From: Squalus acanthias
Taxonomy: Eukaryota
Reading direction: 5' to 3'
Assembly: GCA_030390025.1 (NCBI GenBank)
Contig: CM059432.1
Coordinates: 15,440,001 to 15,504,000 of the forward strand
Length of the DNA: 64,000 bases
Shown: piece by piece, positions 50,359 to 62,549 of the stretch
Layout of the letters: every line of letters begins with the position of its first letter
How positions within the stretch are numbered: the first letter of the stretch is position 1
The notes under the pieces: model-generated
What the model saw: the letters and a program-made list of their open reading frames with translations, nothing else
The model's database searches: none
What the model was told of the DNA's origin: nothing
Position numbers and translations under genes: made by a program

Positions 50359-50777
50359 AAGGCAACATAAAGAGGTCTAAGAGCAAGCTTTCTCTTGTCC
50401 TCTCAACAACACAGACATGTTAGGGGGAGAGAGACTAAAGCCACGTCCACGGAGGCTTTTGACGGAATTGGTTGGGGGACGGGGTTACAAGGTAAAGTTA
50501 TTGAGGGAGTTATTCAGCCTGCCCTGGTCAAAGACACCAACTACATACTTTGTGATGACAAATCTGGTACACTGCCCCCTTGATCTCTTGTGACCTTCTA
50601 GCCAACTACTCCTTTCTCCTCCCCATCTCTTCTTTGTGGTCCCCCAATGTGGCACCAAACAACAACAACTTGTATTCATATAGCATCTTTAACGTAGTTA
50701 AACATCCCAAGGTTTTTTTTTGGGAGCGGACACGTTGGCCCAAATAAACCCCAGACTGGGGTTTAACCCCCCAAAAA

Positions 50778-51244
50778 AAGAAAGACTTGCATTTATATAG
50801 CGCCTTTCACAACCACCGGACGTCCCAAAGCGCTTTACGGCCAATGAGGTACTTTTTGAAGTGTAGTCACTGTTGTAATGTAGGAAGCGTGACAGCTAAT
50901 TTGCGCACAGCAAGCTCCTACAAACAGCTATGTGATAATGACCAGATAATCTGTTTTTAGTGATGTTGATTGAGGGATAAATATTGGCCAGCTCTCCAGG
51001 GATAACTCCCCTGCTCTTCTTCGAAATAGTGCCGTGGGATCTTTTACATCCACCTGAGAGAGCAGACGGGGCCTCAGGTTTAACGTCTCATCTGAAAGAC
51101 GACACCTCTGACAGTGCATCACTCCCTCAATGCTGCGCTGGAGTGTCGGCCTAGATTTTTGCACTCAAGTCTCTGGAGTGGGACTATTGAACCCACAACC
51201 TTCTGAGTCGGAGACGAGGGTGCTACCAACTGAGCCACAGCTGC
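50778..51244 (-). mobile_element. DeuSINE (SacSINE1-like), near full length
   Basis: Head, Deu-like core and tail all present. Confidence 0.85.
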
Positions 51245-52007
51245 CACCACAACAAAACATACCATAACAAAAGAGAGAACAAGAACATACCACGAGCAAA
51301 GTACAACATTTTGTCCCAGACTTCACTTCCCATTCATTTCACTGGATGTTTCGATTACTTTGGCCACTTTTGAGTCAGGTATGCATGGCTGTAGAACTCA
51401 ATAGTCTGTTCGCAATCTGGCTCCCCAGCACACTAAAGATATGTAGCATCAAACTCCCTCTAGGATTCCATCTCAAGCTGCTTGAGTAGAATATAAATTT
51501 CAATCTGGTGTAAAGTGGGCTTAAAAAGTGCCCAGGCGTTTGCATCTCTTGAGCACTTGCTAAATTTAGTTTACAGTCTGTTTAATGTTATAAGGAAGCA
51601 GGTGCTGCCGCCTGCATTCACTTAACATTGAAAAAAAATAATCACCAGGAGCCCAGCTCTGAACATGCATGTCAGTACAGTATGTATGCTGAGAACTATC
51701 TCCTGGCAGCAAGAATGTGGGTGGTAATTTGCAGTATACACCAGGTCTTGTCAACTGTGACAGCTTCCAGTCTCAGAACAGCAGCGGTAAGCTGCAGCCT
51801 TACTCCCGATGAATCAAATACAGCACTTGACCATGGCTAGTGAATTGATGGAATTGGTGTGCTTGATTTTGCTGCACTGACCCTGAATTCTATACAGCAG
51901 AGCTAATCCAGGCAGCTCATTCTGACTGACCAAATTCGAACTGGTGCAGAGCTCTATTTCATGACGGAATAAGAATGAGATCATCAAATCCTTGTCAAGA
52001 TCGTTAA

Positions 52008-52562
52008 TCATAGAATGGTTACAGCACAGAAGGAGGCCATTCGGCCCGTCGAGGCCGTGCCGGCTCTCTGCAAGAGCACTTCAGCAAATCCCACTCCCCG
52101 CCCTTTCCCCGTAGCCCTGCAAATTTATTTCCTTCGGGTACTTATCCATTTCCCTTTTGAAAGCCACGATTGAATCTGCCTCCACCACCCTTTCAGGCAG
52201 TGCATTCCAGATCCTAACCACTCGCTGCGTAAAAAAGTTTTTTCTCATGTCGCCTTTGGTTCTTTTGCCAATCACCTTGAATCTGTGTCCTCTGGTTCTC
52301 GACCCTTCCGCCAATGGGAACAGTTTCTCTCTGTCTACTCTGTCCAGACCCCTCATGATTTTGAACACCTCTATCAAATCTCCTCTCAATCTTCTCTGCT
52401 CTAAGGAGAACAACTCCAGCTTCTCCAGTCTATCCACGTAACTGAATCATTCTCGTAAATCTTTTCTGCACCCTCTCTAAAGCCTTCACATCCTTCCTAA
52501 AGTGCGGTGCCCAGAATTGGACACAATACTCCAGTTGAGGCCAAACCAGTGTTTTATAAAGG
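52008..52562 (-). mobile_element. CR1 3' fragment
   Basis: ORF 52081-52437 LFSLEQRRLRGDLIEVFKI..TRGHRFKV..NFFTQRVVRIWNALP. Confidence 0.9.
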
Positions 52563-52769
52563 TTAGGGTTAAAAGAACATTTGTCACTTTTTCAGACTAG
52601 AATGAAATGAAATAACTGTATTGGGATTTCCTGAGCTACTGATGTGCCTTATGTCTGTCAGTCTCTCTCTCTGTGTAATCGCTCTCTGGTCTGATCCTGA
52701 ACATTCTCCTCCTGTTGAACTCATTTACAGTGGGCTGGAGGTAAGATTATTAAACACTGTGTTTTGCAC

Positions 52770-52992
52770 TATCATACCTTTTGTCATTTAATCTCTGCTG
52801 CCTTCCACCCTATCACAGACCTTCCCTTTTGTTCTTTCCTCCCCTCTCCCCCTTTCCCTGCCCCTGCACTTGCTTAAAAACCTGTTACATCTCTAACTTT
52901 TTCCAGTTCTGACGAAAGGTCATCGACCTGAAACGTTAATTCTGTTTCTCTCTCCACAGATGCTGAGTGTTTCCAGCATTTGCTGTTTTTAT
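52770..52992 (+). mobile_element. Penelope-type terminal repeat fragment with hammerhead core
   Basis: Reverse-orientation sibling of 4488-4830. Confidence 0.7.
52905..52941 (+). ncRNA. Minimal type I hammerhead ribozyme motif
   Basis: AGTT-CTGACGA-A-AGGTC-ATC-GACCT-GAAAC-GTT-AATT (stem I with one G-U wobble). Confidence 0.6.
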
Positions 52993-54439
52993 TATTAAAC
53001 ACTGTTGTTTCAGGACGCACATAATCAAAACAGCAGAATACAATGTTTATCGAAGAGCAAACTATATGTTAAATTCCCCCGGGTTAGTTCACCATTATAG
53101 CCTCTCGGACATGACATCACCGCTTTGTAAAGTCATTATTCAACAGCCTTACATCAAAATAACAGCTTTTGACACGTTCACCGGCTGCACCTGTGGGAAG
53201 TGATGTACAGCGGAGGAAAATGCGGAAGCAAGGAATGCTTGCCGCTCCTCCCCAGTATTATACACAGTGCGTTGGAGACTCCCTGTGTCCAGCTGCAGCA
53301 CAGCGCCGCTTCCACCGGCTCCTCAACAGCACCAGCAGCACAGAACACTCGCGTCAGTCAAATGGTCTGATTCGGCATTAAAGACACACAGCCGCAGCCC
53401 TCGCTCCGGGTGCACGTCCCGGGATGTCTCGGGGTTTTAGCCCCAAGTCTCCAGCGGATCAACCCTCAGTAAACCCTCTATTCTCTCTCCCCCCGCTTAA
53501 CAGCAATGACAAGCACTTGGAGGAAAATCGTGCAACTTGTGCTCACTCATTTCTCTATTTAAAGTGTTCTCTGGTGGGGGGGGGGGGGGGGTTTCGCCAC
53601 ATTTTCTTCAAGTTTTAGTTTATTGCATCCTTTCTTAAGGTTTGACTGGAAGTGATCTGTCGTCTCTCCCAGAATTTCAAATCTATCCTGGAGTTTCAGA
53701 TCCCAGCCTTTCCCAGTTTTTGAATCCCTACTATTTCTGAGAGTTGCAGATTTTACCGAAGTTTCGAGTTCCCACCTGTCCGGGTGTTCCTCGTCTTCAG
53801 TGTTTTTAAGACCAGAAGACGGATGGACCACTGGGTCTAGCTCAGCTCCTGAGAGACCCGACAATGCCTCATCTCGGACCATTTGTTAAACGATTCCACG
53901 TTTTTGGTGCCCACTACCCTGCTCCTAAACCCTTACAATGAGGTTGTCTGAAGAATTTCCTAACCTCAGTTCTCAATTTTCCTTTAGCCGCCTCTTGTCC
54001 CACTGTCATGGTTTAGTTTGAAGTATTTTTTTTGATTTCATGCCGTTCACTATCTCATACAAGGTCACCTCTCAATCTCCTCCTCTTAACGTTGAAAAGC
54101 CTAAGTTTCCCTTTACAACTCAGCCCTCTCGCTCTGGGGATCAGCCTCCCTCTCTGTTTTGAATATCTCCAGTGTTTGAACATTCCCCTTGTGTCTTCAG
54201 GGAACTGGGTGCATTGCTCAATATGCGACTTGACAAACCATTATACAGTTTGAGGGCAAACTTGCAGTTCATCTATGATTGGTCCTGCCGATATGTTGAG
54301 CCAAGTGTATCCCTATATATCTACATCATTCTTAATTATTTCCACAAATTCATGAACTGTTCCTGTCACTTCCCTTCCCCCCCGCCAAAAAAAATGTTCA
54401 GTACTTCCCCAGTTTATCCTGGAGTTCTGTGCTTCATTC

Positions 54440-54960
54440 CATTCAGCTATAAACACTCGGAAAGGGGCCGAGCTGCCGAGCCTGGTGAAATCGAGCTCTG
54501 TTTCGGGGGCTGTGAAAAGTTTACTGTTCTGTTCTGTGAAGCTCCGAGCCTTGCCGAGCCTGTGCGGATCCCACAGCGGCTGCGGCTGGGAGGAGAGACC
54601 TCGGCGACCACCGGGTCACTGAACTCTCAAAAGCTGCGTTTGGAATTTTTTTTTTTTTAAACAGTTCAGGGGGATGACACCTTACAACTTTGCGAAGCCG
54701 CTGAAGGCGAATCGCCTTTCACCGCCCAAGCCTGAAACTTTGCTGCAATAGTCTGGACTGGAGGCTGGCTGGCAGCGAGCTGCTGAACGCGGCGCCGAGT
54801 CTGAGCCGAGGAACAGCCACAAGTTTGGGAATGTTCCTCTCGGTCACCGAGAAGCCGACTGTAAACAGGGTCAGGACAGCAAACCGGGGCACCCCGCCCT
54901 CAGCCCTGCTCAGACCGTCACTTCACACAAGCAGCGGGAGAAGGAGCTGGAAACGGCCTC
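54440..54960. promoter_or_regulatory. CpG-rich, apparently unique block in the proximal first intron
   Basis: Many CpGs, no resemblance to the repeat families in the window, ~1-1.5 kb downstream of exon 1. Confidence 0.4.
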
Positions 54961-55347
54961 AGTGCAAAAACAAAAAAACAACAACCCCTCACCAAGAATA
55001 AATATAAGTGAGAATTAAAATACAAATCAAAATAACCAGGGTCCCAGATGGTAAGGGTGCCACGATTCTTGGAACAGAACAGGGGATCATGGTTTGGAAG
55101 GCGAGGGGAATTCCAGGGTTGAAGTTTCCTGAAAGATGGAGAAGGGTTCGGGGATCAGCGTTTTATGGCTGGGGTTCAGATCTGAAGTTGCCAGGACTGG
55201 AGATTCAGGCTTGAGGATCTCAGAACTGGGGGGTCCCAGGGCTGAAGTTCACAGGACTGGTGGGGTCGGCGAGGTGTTGGGGGGGGGGGGGGGGCGGGGT
55301 GCAGGATCCAGAACAGAAGCTGCCTGGTCGGTAGGTTCAGGGCTGAG

Positions 55348-55890
55348 GATCCCAGGACGGGGTCCCAGAGATAGGGGGTCCCAGAGATAGGTAGGTCCCA
55401 GGACGGGGTCCCAGAGATAGGGGGTCCCAGAGATAGGTAGGTCCCTGGACCGGGTCCCAGAGATAGGTAGATCCCAGGACCGGGTCCCAGAGATAGGTAG
55501 ATCCCAGGACGGGGTCCCAGAGATAGGTAGATCCCAGGACCGGGTCCCAGAGATAGGTAGATCCCAGGACCGGGTCCCAGAGATAGGTATATCCCAGGAC
55601 CGGGTCCCAGAGATAGGTAGATCCCAGGACGGGGTCCCAGAGATGGGCAGAGGGTCCCTGGACGGGGTCCCAGAGATAGGTAGATCCCAGGACCGGGTCC
55701 CAGAGATAGGCAGATCCCAGGACGGGGTCCCAGAGATGGGCAGAGGGTCCCTGGACGGGGTCCCAGAGATAGGTAGATCCCAGGACGGGGTCCCAGAGAT
55801 AGGCAGATCCCAGGACGGGGTCCCAGAGATGGGCAGAGGGTCCCTGGACGGGGTCTCAGTGACAGGGGTTCCCAGGACGGGGTCCCAGAA
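55348..55890. repeat. 30/33-bp minisatellite (CCCAGAGATAGGTAGATCCCAGGACGGGGT)n
   Basis: Directly visible tandem array, ~17 units. Confidence 0.95.
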
Positions 55891-56001
55891 GTGAGAGGGG
55901 GTTCAGGATTGAGAGTTCCAGGGCTGGGGTTTCAGGACCTGGGAGTCCCAAGGCTAGCTGGCTGGATGAACTCACTTTGCACACATTGAGGTTCCTCTTA
56001 C

Positions 56002-56074
56002 CTGCAAACGTCTGTCCTCTGACTCTCAGGAAAAGACTCAGCCCCACCAGAACGTAACTTAGAAGCCGCTTCAT
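56002..56074 (-). CDS. PTPRM: First coding exon (signal peptide) of a type IIB receptor protein tyrosine phosphatase, most likely RPTP-mu
   Basis: ATG, 24 codons + 1 nt (MKRLLSYVLVGLSLFLRVRGQTFA-G), strong donor CAG|GTAAGA at 56001; basic N-region and hydrophobic core; length and end motif resemble recalled human PTPRM N-terminus MRGLGTCLATLAGLLLTAAGETFS-G; lies in a CpG-rich region. Paralogues PTPRK/T/U cannot be fully excluded from 24 aa. Confidence 0.72.
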
Positions 56075-56460
56075 CCCTGTCGGCGCTGCTCTGCCGCGGA
56101 AGCGATTTCACAGCAGCTCCCGGTGAGCGGGGGTCCCAGGCTCGCCTGGTCCTCGGGCACTTGGGCTGATTTTTCCCCCCTCTTTATTTTCCAAGTTAAA
56201 TTCCGCCCGCGTTGAGCTTTTTCCACTACTTCTGGTGACTTGGCTCTGACAGACTGAAAGAGCTGACGTCGGGAGGGGGGGGGGGGGGGGAGCGCGTCCC
56301 CGGTCCCAGTGAAGCGCGTTCCCGTATCTCATGTGTTGGGGGACGCGCTTGGTCGTGGCTCTCGGGGACGCGCCGATCTCTCCAACTCTCCAGCTCAGCG
56401 CCGCCCCTAGAAAACAAATAGGCTCGACCGCGACTGGGAAAAGAGATCGACCCGGGCTGG
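56075..56460 (-). promoter_or_regulatory. CpG-rich 5'UTR / proximal promoter of the signal-peptide gene
   Basis: Dense CpGs directly upstream of the ATG; CRE-like TGACGTC near 56264. Confidence 0.6.
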
Positions 56461-57457
56461 AGAGAGAGGGGGAGGGAGAGAGAGAGAGAGAGGGGGACAG
56501 AGAGATGGAGGGAGGGGGACAGAGAGAGGGAGACAGAGAGAGAGGGAGGGAGGGAGGGTGGGGAGGGAGGGAGGGTGGGGGAGAGAGAGAGGGAGGGAGG
56601 GTGGGGGAGAGAGAGGAGGGAGGGTGGGGGAGAGGGAGAGGGAGGGAGGGAGGGTGGGGGAGAGAGAGAGGGAGGGAGGGGGATAGTGAGAGAGGGAGGG
56701 GGACAGAGAGAGGGAGGGAGGGTGGGGGAGAGAGAGGGAGGGAGGGTGGAGGAGAGAGAGAGGGAGGGAGGGTGGGGGAGAGGGAGAGGGAGGGAGGGAG
56801 GGTGGGGGAGAGAGAGAGGGAGGGAGGGGGATAGTGAGAGAGGGAGGGGGACAGAGAGAGGGAGGGGGACAGAGAGAGAGAGGTAGACAGAGAGAGAGGG
56901 ATAGTGAGAGAGGGAGGGGGACAGAGAGAGAGAGAGGGAGGGGGACAGAGAGGGAGAGGGAGGGGGACAGAGAGAGAGAGAGGGAGGGGGACAGAGAGGG
57001 AGAGGGAGGGGGATAGAGAGAGAGAGAGGGAGGGGGACAGAGAGAGAGAGGGAGACAGAGAGAGGGAGGGAGGGCGACAGAGAGAGAGAGAGGGAGGGGG
57101 ACAGAGAGAGAGGGGGAGGAGGAGAGAGAGAGGGAGGGGGACAGAGAGAGAGGGGGAGGGGACAGAGAGAGAGGGAGGGGGACGGAGAGAGAGAGGGAGG
57201 GAGGGGGACAGAGAGAGAGAGGGAGGGGGACAGAGAGAGAGAGGGAGGGGGACAGAGAGAGAGAGGGAGGGGGACAGAGAGAGAGGGGGGAGGGGGACAG
57301 AGAGAGAGAGGGAGGGGGACAGAGAGAGAGGGGGGAGGGGGACAGAGAGAGAGGGAGGGAGGGAGGGGGACAGAGAGAGAGAGGGAGGGGGACAGAGAGA
57401 GAGGGGGGAGGGGGACAGAGAGAGGGGGAGGGAGGGGGACAGAGAGAGAGAGGGGGA
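56460..57457. repeat. ~1-kb polypurine (GA/GGGA-rich) low-complexity array
   Basis: Almost exclusively A/G on the + strand; quasi-unit GAGAGAGAGGGAGGGGGACA. Confidence 0.95.
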
Positions 57458-58502
57458 CTGAAAGTGTCTGCAACAGCAGAGCCGCCTGAACTGGAGCCTA
57501 AAACAGCCCAGAGGGGTCTGCAGCCCCAACCCAGGCCAGCCGGGAGGATTGATGTCTTCCCGACGTTGAGAACAACATCGTGTTTTTTTTAAAGTTGGGA
57601 CTCTTCCCTTTGCTTTTTGTTGGCATCTTGGTGCTTATTTTGGCTTCTTTTACTTCGGTTGGACCACATGTTTCTCTCCTGTATTAGTGGTGCCCTTAAA
57701 AGGGGGGGGGGGGGGCACTTGTGATGATTCTTGTTTTGGTGACCTGGGCCGGAGGGGAGGCAGTTATTGGACCATTAAAAAAGGGCCAACCCCAAGCTAG
57801 GAGTCACTTTGCGCAGAGACACCAGACTGAAATTACACACTCTCAACCCAGAGTTTAATATATACTTCCAGGCAACAGATGCCTGTTTGCACGGGGGTTA
57901 CACAGCTATTTGTGTATCTGTGGCGAAGATGAGCAACGTTTAAAACTACTTAGGCAACAGATCTGACTCAAATAATAGCGTATGGAGAGTGATCATTATT
58001 TTCAATGGGCCGTTCAATGTGTTTATTTTCTTTCATTTTAAAGGTTTTTTTTTTCCTCTCTCTCTTTTTGTCGAGTCTTAACTTTTGGAAGTGCCAGCGA
58101 CTGGCACTCTTGCACCTGGTACGGTTTGGTTCTGGAGTGAGGCAATATATCCGCGCCCAGAGGAGAGGAAACAGAGACATGAATGTTTTGGCAGCCCGGA
58201 CACTCGTCTGAGTGAAGTCTGTTTCGTGTCTAGTTTATATCTGTGATCTCGCAACCGACAGCACTTTTTTTTTTCTTTTTGAATCACCCAGGCGACTATT
58301 TGTTACTAGTCACTTGAAATGTATATAATAAGCGATAGTTACTAAAAAAAACAAACACCGAGCGTAAAACAAAGTGACCATTGCTTGTTTCAAGGCAGCC
58401 CAGCTAGTTATTAGAGTCTGGGTCAGCGAGGGAGAAACCCTGAACACATTCTCCCACGTAACTGAAAGGGATACAACCCCTTCCAACAAACTAAGATCGC
58501 CA

Positions 58503-59920
58503 CTTGCCAACCCTCCAGGATTGCCCTGGAGTCTCCAGGAATGAAACGTTAATCTCCTGGACACTGCTTCCAGCAAACCTGGAGCAGGTTTTTTATTCCG
58601 TCAGGGGTGTTGAAAGAAAAAAGAAAGACTTGCATTTCTATAGCGCCTTTCACGACCACCGGACGTCCCAAAGCGCTTTACAGCCAATGAAGTACTTTTT
58701 TAAAAAAGTGTAGTCACTGTTGTAATGTGGGAAACGCAGCAGCCAATTCGCGCACAGCAAGCTCCCACAAACAGCAATGTAATAATGACCAGATAATCTG
58801 TTTTTTTATGTTGATTCAGGGATAAATATTGGCCAGGACACGGGATAACTCCTCTGCTCTTCTTCAAAATAGTGCCATGGGATCTTTTACAGCCACCTGA
58901 GAGAGCAGACGGGGCCTCGGTTTCACGTCTCATCCGAAAGACGGCACCTCCGACAGTGCAGCGGGACTGCACTGGAGTGTCAGCTGAGATTTTTGTGCTC
59001 AAGTGCCTGGAGTGGGATTTAAACCCACAACCTTCTGACTCAGAGGCGAGTGTGCTACCCACTGAGCCACTGGCTGACACTATGGGATGTGGACGTCGCT
59101 GGCAAGGCCAACATTTATTGCCCATCCCTAGTTGCCTTTGAGAAGGTGGTGGTGAGCCGCCTTCTTGAACCGCTGCAGTCCATGTGGTGAAGGTACTCCC
59201 ACAGTGCTGTTAGGGAGGGAGTTCCAGGATTTTGACCCAGCGACGATGAAGGATCGGCCGATATATTTCCAAGTCAGGATGGTGTGTGACTTGGAGGGGA
59301 ACTTGGAGGTGGTGGTGTTCCCATGCGCCTGCTGCCGTTGTCCTTCTAGGTGGAAGAGGTCATGGGTTTGGGAGGTGCTGCCGAAGAAGTCTTGGTGAGT
59401 TGCTGCAGTGCATCTTGTAGATGGTACACACTGCAGCCATGGTACGCCGGTGGTGGAGGGAGTGAATGTTTAAGGTGGTGGATGGGGTGCCAATCAAGTG
59501 CGCTGCTTTATCCTGGATGCTGTCGAGCTTCTTGAGTGTTGTTGGAGCTGCACTCATCCAGGCAAGTGGAGAGTATTCTAACCAGTAATGCATCCAAGAG
59601 GCCATTATTGGGAGGTGGTCAAAATAGTGGGGCATTAAAAAAAATGTTTTTCTTTTATTTTCTTTGAATGGTTTCATTTATTAGTTATAAAAATATTGGT
59701 GATGGTGGTGGGGGGAGGGGCTGTTTTACTGACAGTCAAGAATCATCCAATCAGATAATGAAGAGGCTGTTCACTTTCCAATTGGTGTGGGAAGATGATG
59801 CGCTGTGAGAGTGGTTGAGTCGGGCGACCAATGGTGGGAGCGTGGGGGTGGGGCAGTTGGAGGTAGGAGGGTCATGTGATGATACCTCCAGGAATATGTC
59901 CAACCAGAGTTGGCAACCCA
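58503..59920 (-). mobile_element. hAT-like MITE containing a DeuSINE (58619-59080, -) and a LINE 3' end (59082-59578, -)
   Basis: TTGCCAACCCTCCAGGATTGCCCTGGAGTCTCC start and AGAGTTGGCAACCC end; LINE part matches 49845-50340. Confidence 0.75.
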
Positions 59921-60749
59921 CCCACTGACCCATGCACAACTTTGATTTCTGTCTTCTCCCAAGATGAAGATAGAAAAGGATGAATTTCAATTCAATTTAA
60001 TTTATTAGACAACATTCAGCAAATGCCGATCTTAAACTATTTTACTGAGCCTTATACCTGGGAGTATTGACAATAATATCAACAGCATTTATATCGTGCC
60101 TTTAACATAAAAAGTCCAGAGACACTTCACAAATCTAGAGATAAGAAGGGGATGCTGAGCCAGGAAGGGAGAGATTAGGAGGGGAGACTGAAAGTTTGGT
60201 CGAAAAGATAGGTTCTGAAGAGGTTTTTAAAGGTAGAGAGAGAGGTGGAACTGGTTGGTAGATGTGTTTAAAGAGACAAGGTCAGTGTTTCCCAACCTAA
60301 ACTGAAAGGCAAATGTTTCCACTAACCCTAATCCTAAAACAATGCCAGTATTTCTACCAATCCTAATCCTAAAATTCGTATATAATTTTACCCTGGCCCT
60401 AAAGCAAAAATGGTGTTTATAATTACCCTAATCCCCAAATAAAGCACCGTCTATATTTGCTTTAATCCTAAAACAAGGCTTGTGTTTTTTGTTAACTGTA
60501 ACCTACAGCTAACACAAGGTTAGTGTTGCTGCTAAATTTAATACATAGGTGTATACATTGGCGGAAGGGACAGAGTCATGAACGTCCCTCCCCTACTCTG
60601 CCCCAAATCAGGGAGAGCAGATTCAGGAAAAACATATAACCAGGTCCTGAGGAAAAGGCAGCAGCCACATCAATCACCTGCGTGTAATGTATTTCTCAAT
60701 GTTCTGTCATAGCAAGCTTACTTTTAAGCAGCTTTCGCACTGTACATCG

Positions 60750-61015
60750 AATCATGCAGCACAGAAGGAGGCCATTTGACCCGTCGTGCCTGTGCCGGCT
60801 CTTTGAAAGAGCTCTCCAATTAGTCCCACTCCCCCCTCTGCTCTTTCCCCATAGCCCCGCAATTTTATTTTCCTTTTGAAGTATCTATCCGATTCCCGTT
60901 TGAAAGTTACAATTGAATCTGCTTCCACCATCCTTTCAGGCAGTGCATTCCAGATCACAACAACTCGCTGTATTTAAGAAAAAAATCTGCTCATCTCCCC
61001 TCTGGTTCTTTTGGC
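60750..61015 (-). mobile_element. CR1 3' end
   Basis: IWNALPERMVEADSIVTFKRE. Confidence 0.8.
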
Positions 61016-61269
61016 AGCCTTTTACATCACAGACTAAGAGCACCACTCTCCCAAGTTTACTTTTAAATCATGCCACTAGTCTCCCTGTGAACCAAAGGCA
61101 AAGAAGTGCATGCACAGAGTGCCGGTGCCAAATTGGGCACTGTGCATGCACAGTGGTATTTGTGTCCGTACTTCTTCGACGAATGACGTCACGACAACAC
61201 AATATCACTGAGAGGGCAGTAAAAATGGTCGCCCTGGTTGGCAGTGTAACAAGCCCAGCAGTTTAGCTT

Positions 61270-61461
61270 TACCTGAAAGAGTGCTGGAAGCAGATTCCAT
61301 CGGAACTTTCAAAAGGAAATTGGACATGTACTTGAGAGGGACTAATTTGCAGGGTTATGGCGTGGAAGCTGGAGTGTGGGACTAAACTGAACAGCTCTTT
61401 CAAAGAGCCGGCACAGGCACGATGGGCCGAATGGCCTCCTTCTGTGCTGTATGATGATATG
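61270..61461 (+). mobile_element. CR1 3' end
   Basis: LPERVLEADS..FKRKLDMYL; tail split by the solo LTR. Confidence 0.8.
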
Positions 61462-61688
61462 TGACGTAAGAAAACTACTAGGCACTTGGTCTAAGCGTTA
61501 AACAAAGCTTTAATCAACTGTTTTACAACATGGAGGTCTAGTTGTGTCCTTCACTAGTTCCTGTTAAGAATGTCCTGCGCAAGCTGGGCCTGTGCCCGAG
61601 TATTTATACTCTCCCTGGATAGCGCCACCTGCAGGCCACTCAGTATTATTTCATAAGTCTTTCTTTCATGAATGACAGATTCATGTCA
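61462..61688 (-). mobile_element. Solo LTR (227 bp), same family as 1134-1362
   Basis: TG...CA ends, exact 5-bp TSD ATATG (61457-61461 / 61689-61693); shares GAGTATAAATACTCGGGC, CTAGACCTCC, GATTAAAGC, ACCAAGTGC and TTACGTCA blocks. Confidence 0.85.
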
Positions 61689-62549
61689 ATATGATTCTAT
61701 CAGGCCACCTGCTATGGGAGACCTGCCCTACGGAAGCTGGTGACCGAAGATCAAAATAAAAGCAGGTAATAGGAGTCCAGCTAGAAGCAGAAACAGAGTT
61801 CTACTTCTGGTGGGCAGCAATCCTAAGTATAAATGATCCAGGATGTTGGGGGCCAACAACTTTGCTGGGTGTATAAAGATGCTGTTGGATTAAAGCTACC
61901 ATTTTGAAGGACATAAATCAGTCCCACCTCTATGCACTTTGGGTCTCTCCACCATACACAGCATAAGCCATTGTGCCTACAGAGACTTCCTCCCAACATA
62001 CAGTGTAAAAACTGGGGAGTGAAGCATGCAGGTCAGTCTCCCTAAAGGCAGTGTATACCTGAGCTATACAGACCAGAAGTCCCAGGTTTGGGTCTTGCTG
62101 AATTAGACAATTGAGGTGTTTTTACTTTCCTGGACAGGTCCGGAGAGAGCAGCACTCAAATGGATACCCAAAGTTTTTTTGTGCTCTCTTGCCCTCTGCT
62201 TATTTCACCTCATCCTAATGCTCCAGTCAAACCCGATGGAAGCCAGACAACGGGCAGATAAGAAGGAATCCAGCTCTGTGGTTTTATATTAAAGTGGAGA
62301 CTTGGAGGCACCTTGTGAAAGCTACGACAAATGTGGGTCTTATGCGCCATCAGGTCTGCAGAGTTGCCCTGATTTACAGTGCACAGTGTCATCAGATGGG
62401 GGAATACTCACCAAGGGTACTCACCTAACTTAAAAGTAGCTTCAGTTGGGGCTCTACAATTGGCCTCGGTGTTCCTGGGTTATGAAGAAGGAAATCAGCC
62501 AGGATTCCCACTCCTGGTTACTTTGAATTGATCTTTACTGGAAAGTATG

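Noticed and set aside
54172..54660. 162-aa ORF antisense to the gene
   Set aside because: Non-ATG start inside a decayed CR1 fragment; no recognisable protein features
55643..55894. Repetitive peptide ORF (GRSQDGVPEI)n
   Set aside because: Arises from the 30/33-bp minisatellite, whose unit lengths are multiples of 3; no other coding evidence
56108..57529. Long ORFs of 473, 415, 167 and 185 aa (Pro/Ser/Leu or Arg/Glu/Gly rich)
   Set aside because: Translations of the GA/CT low-complexity tract, which lacks stop codons by composition
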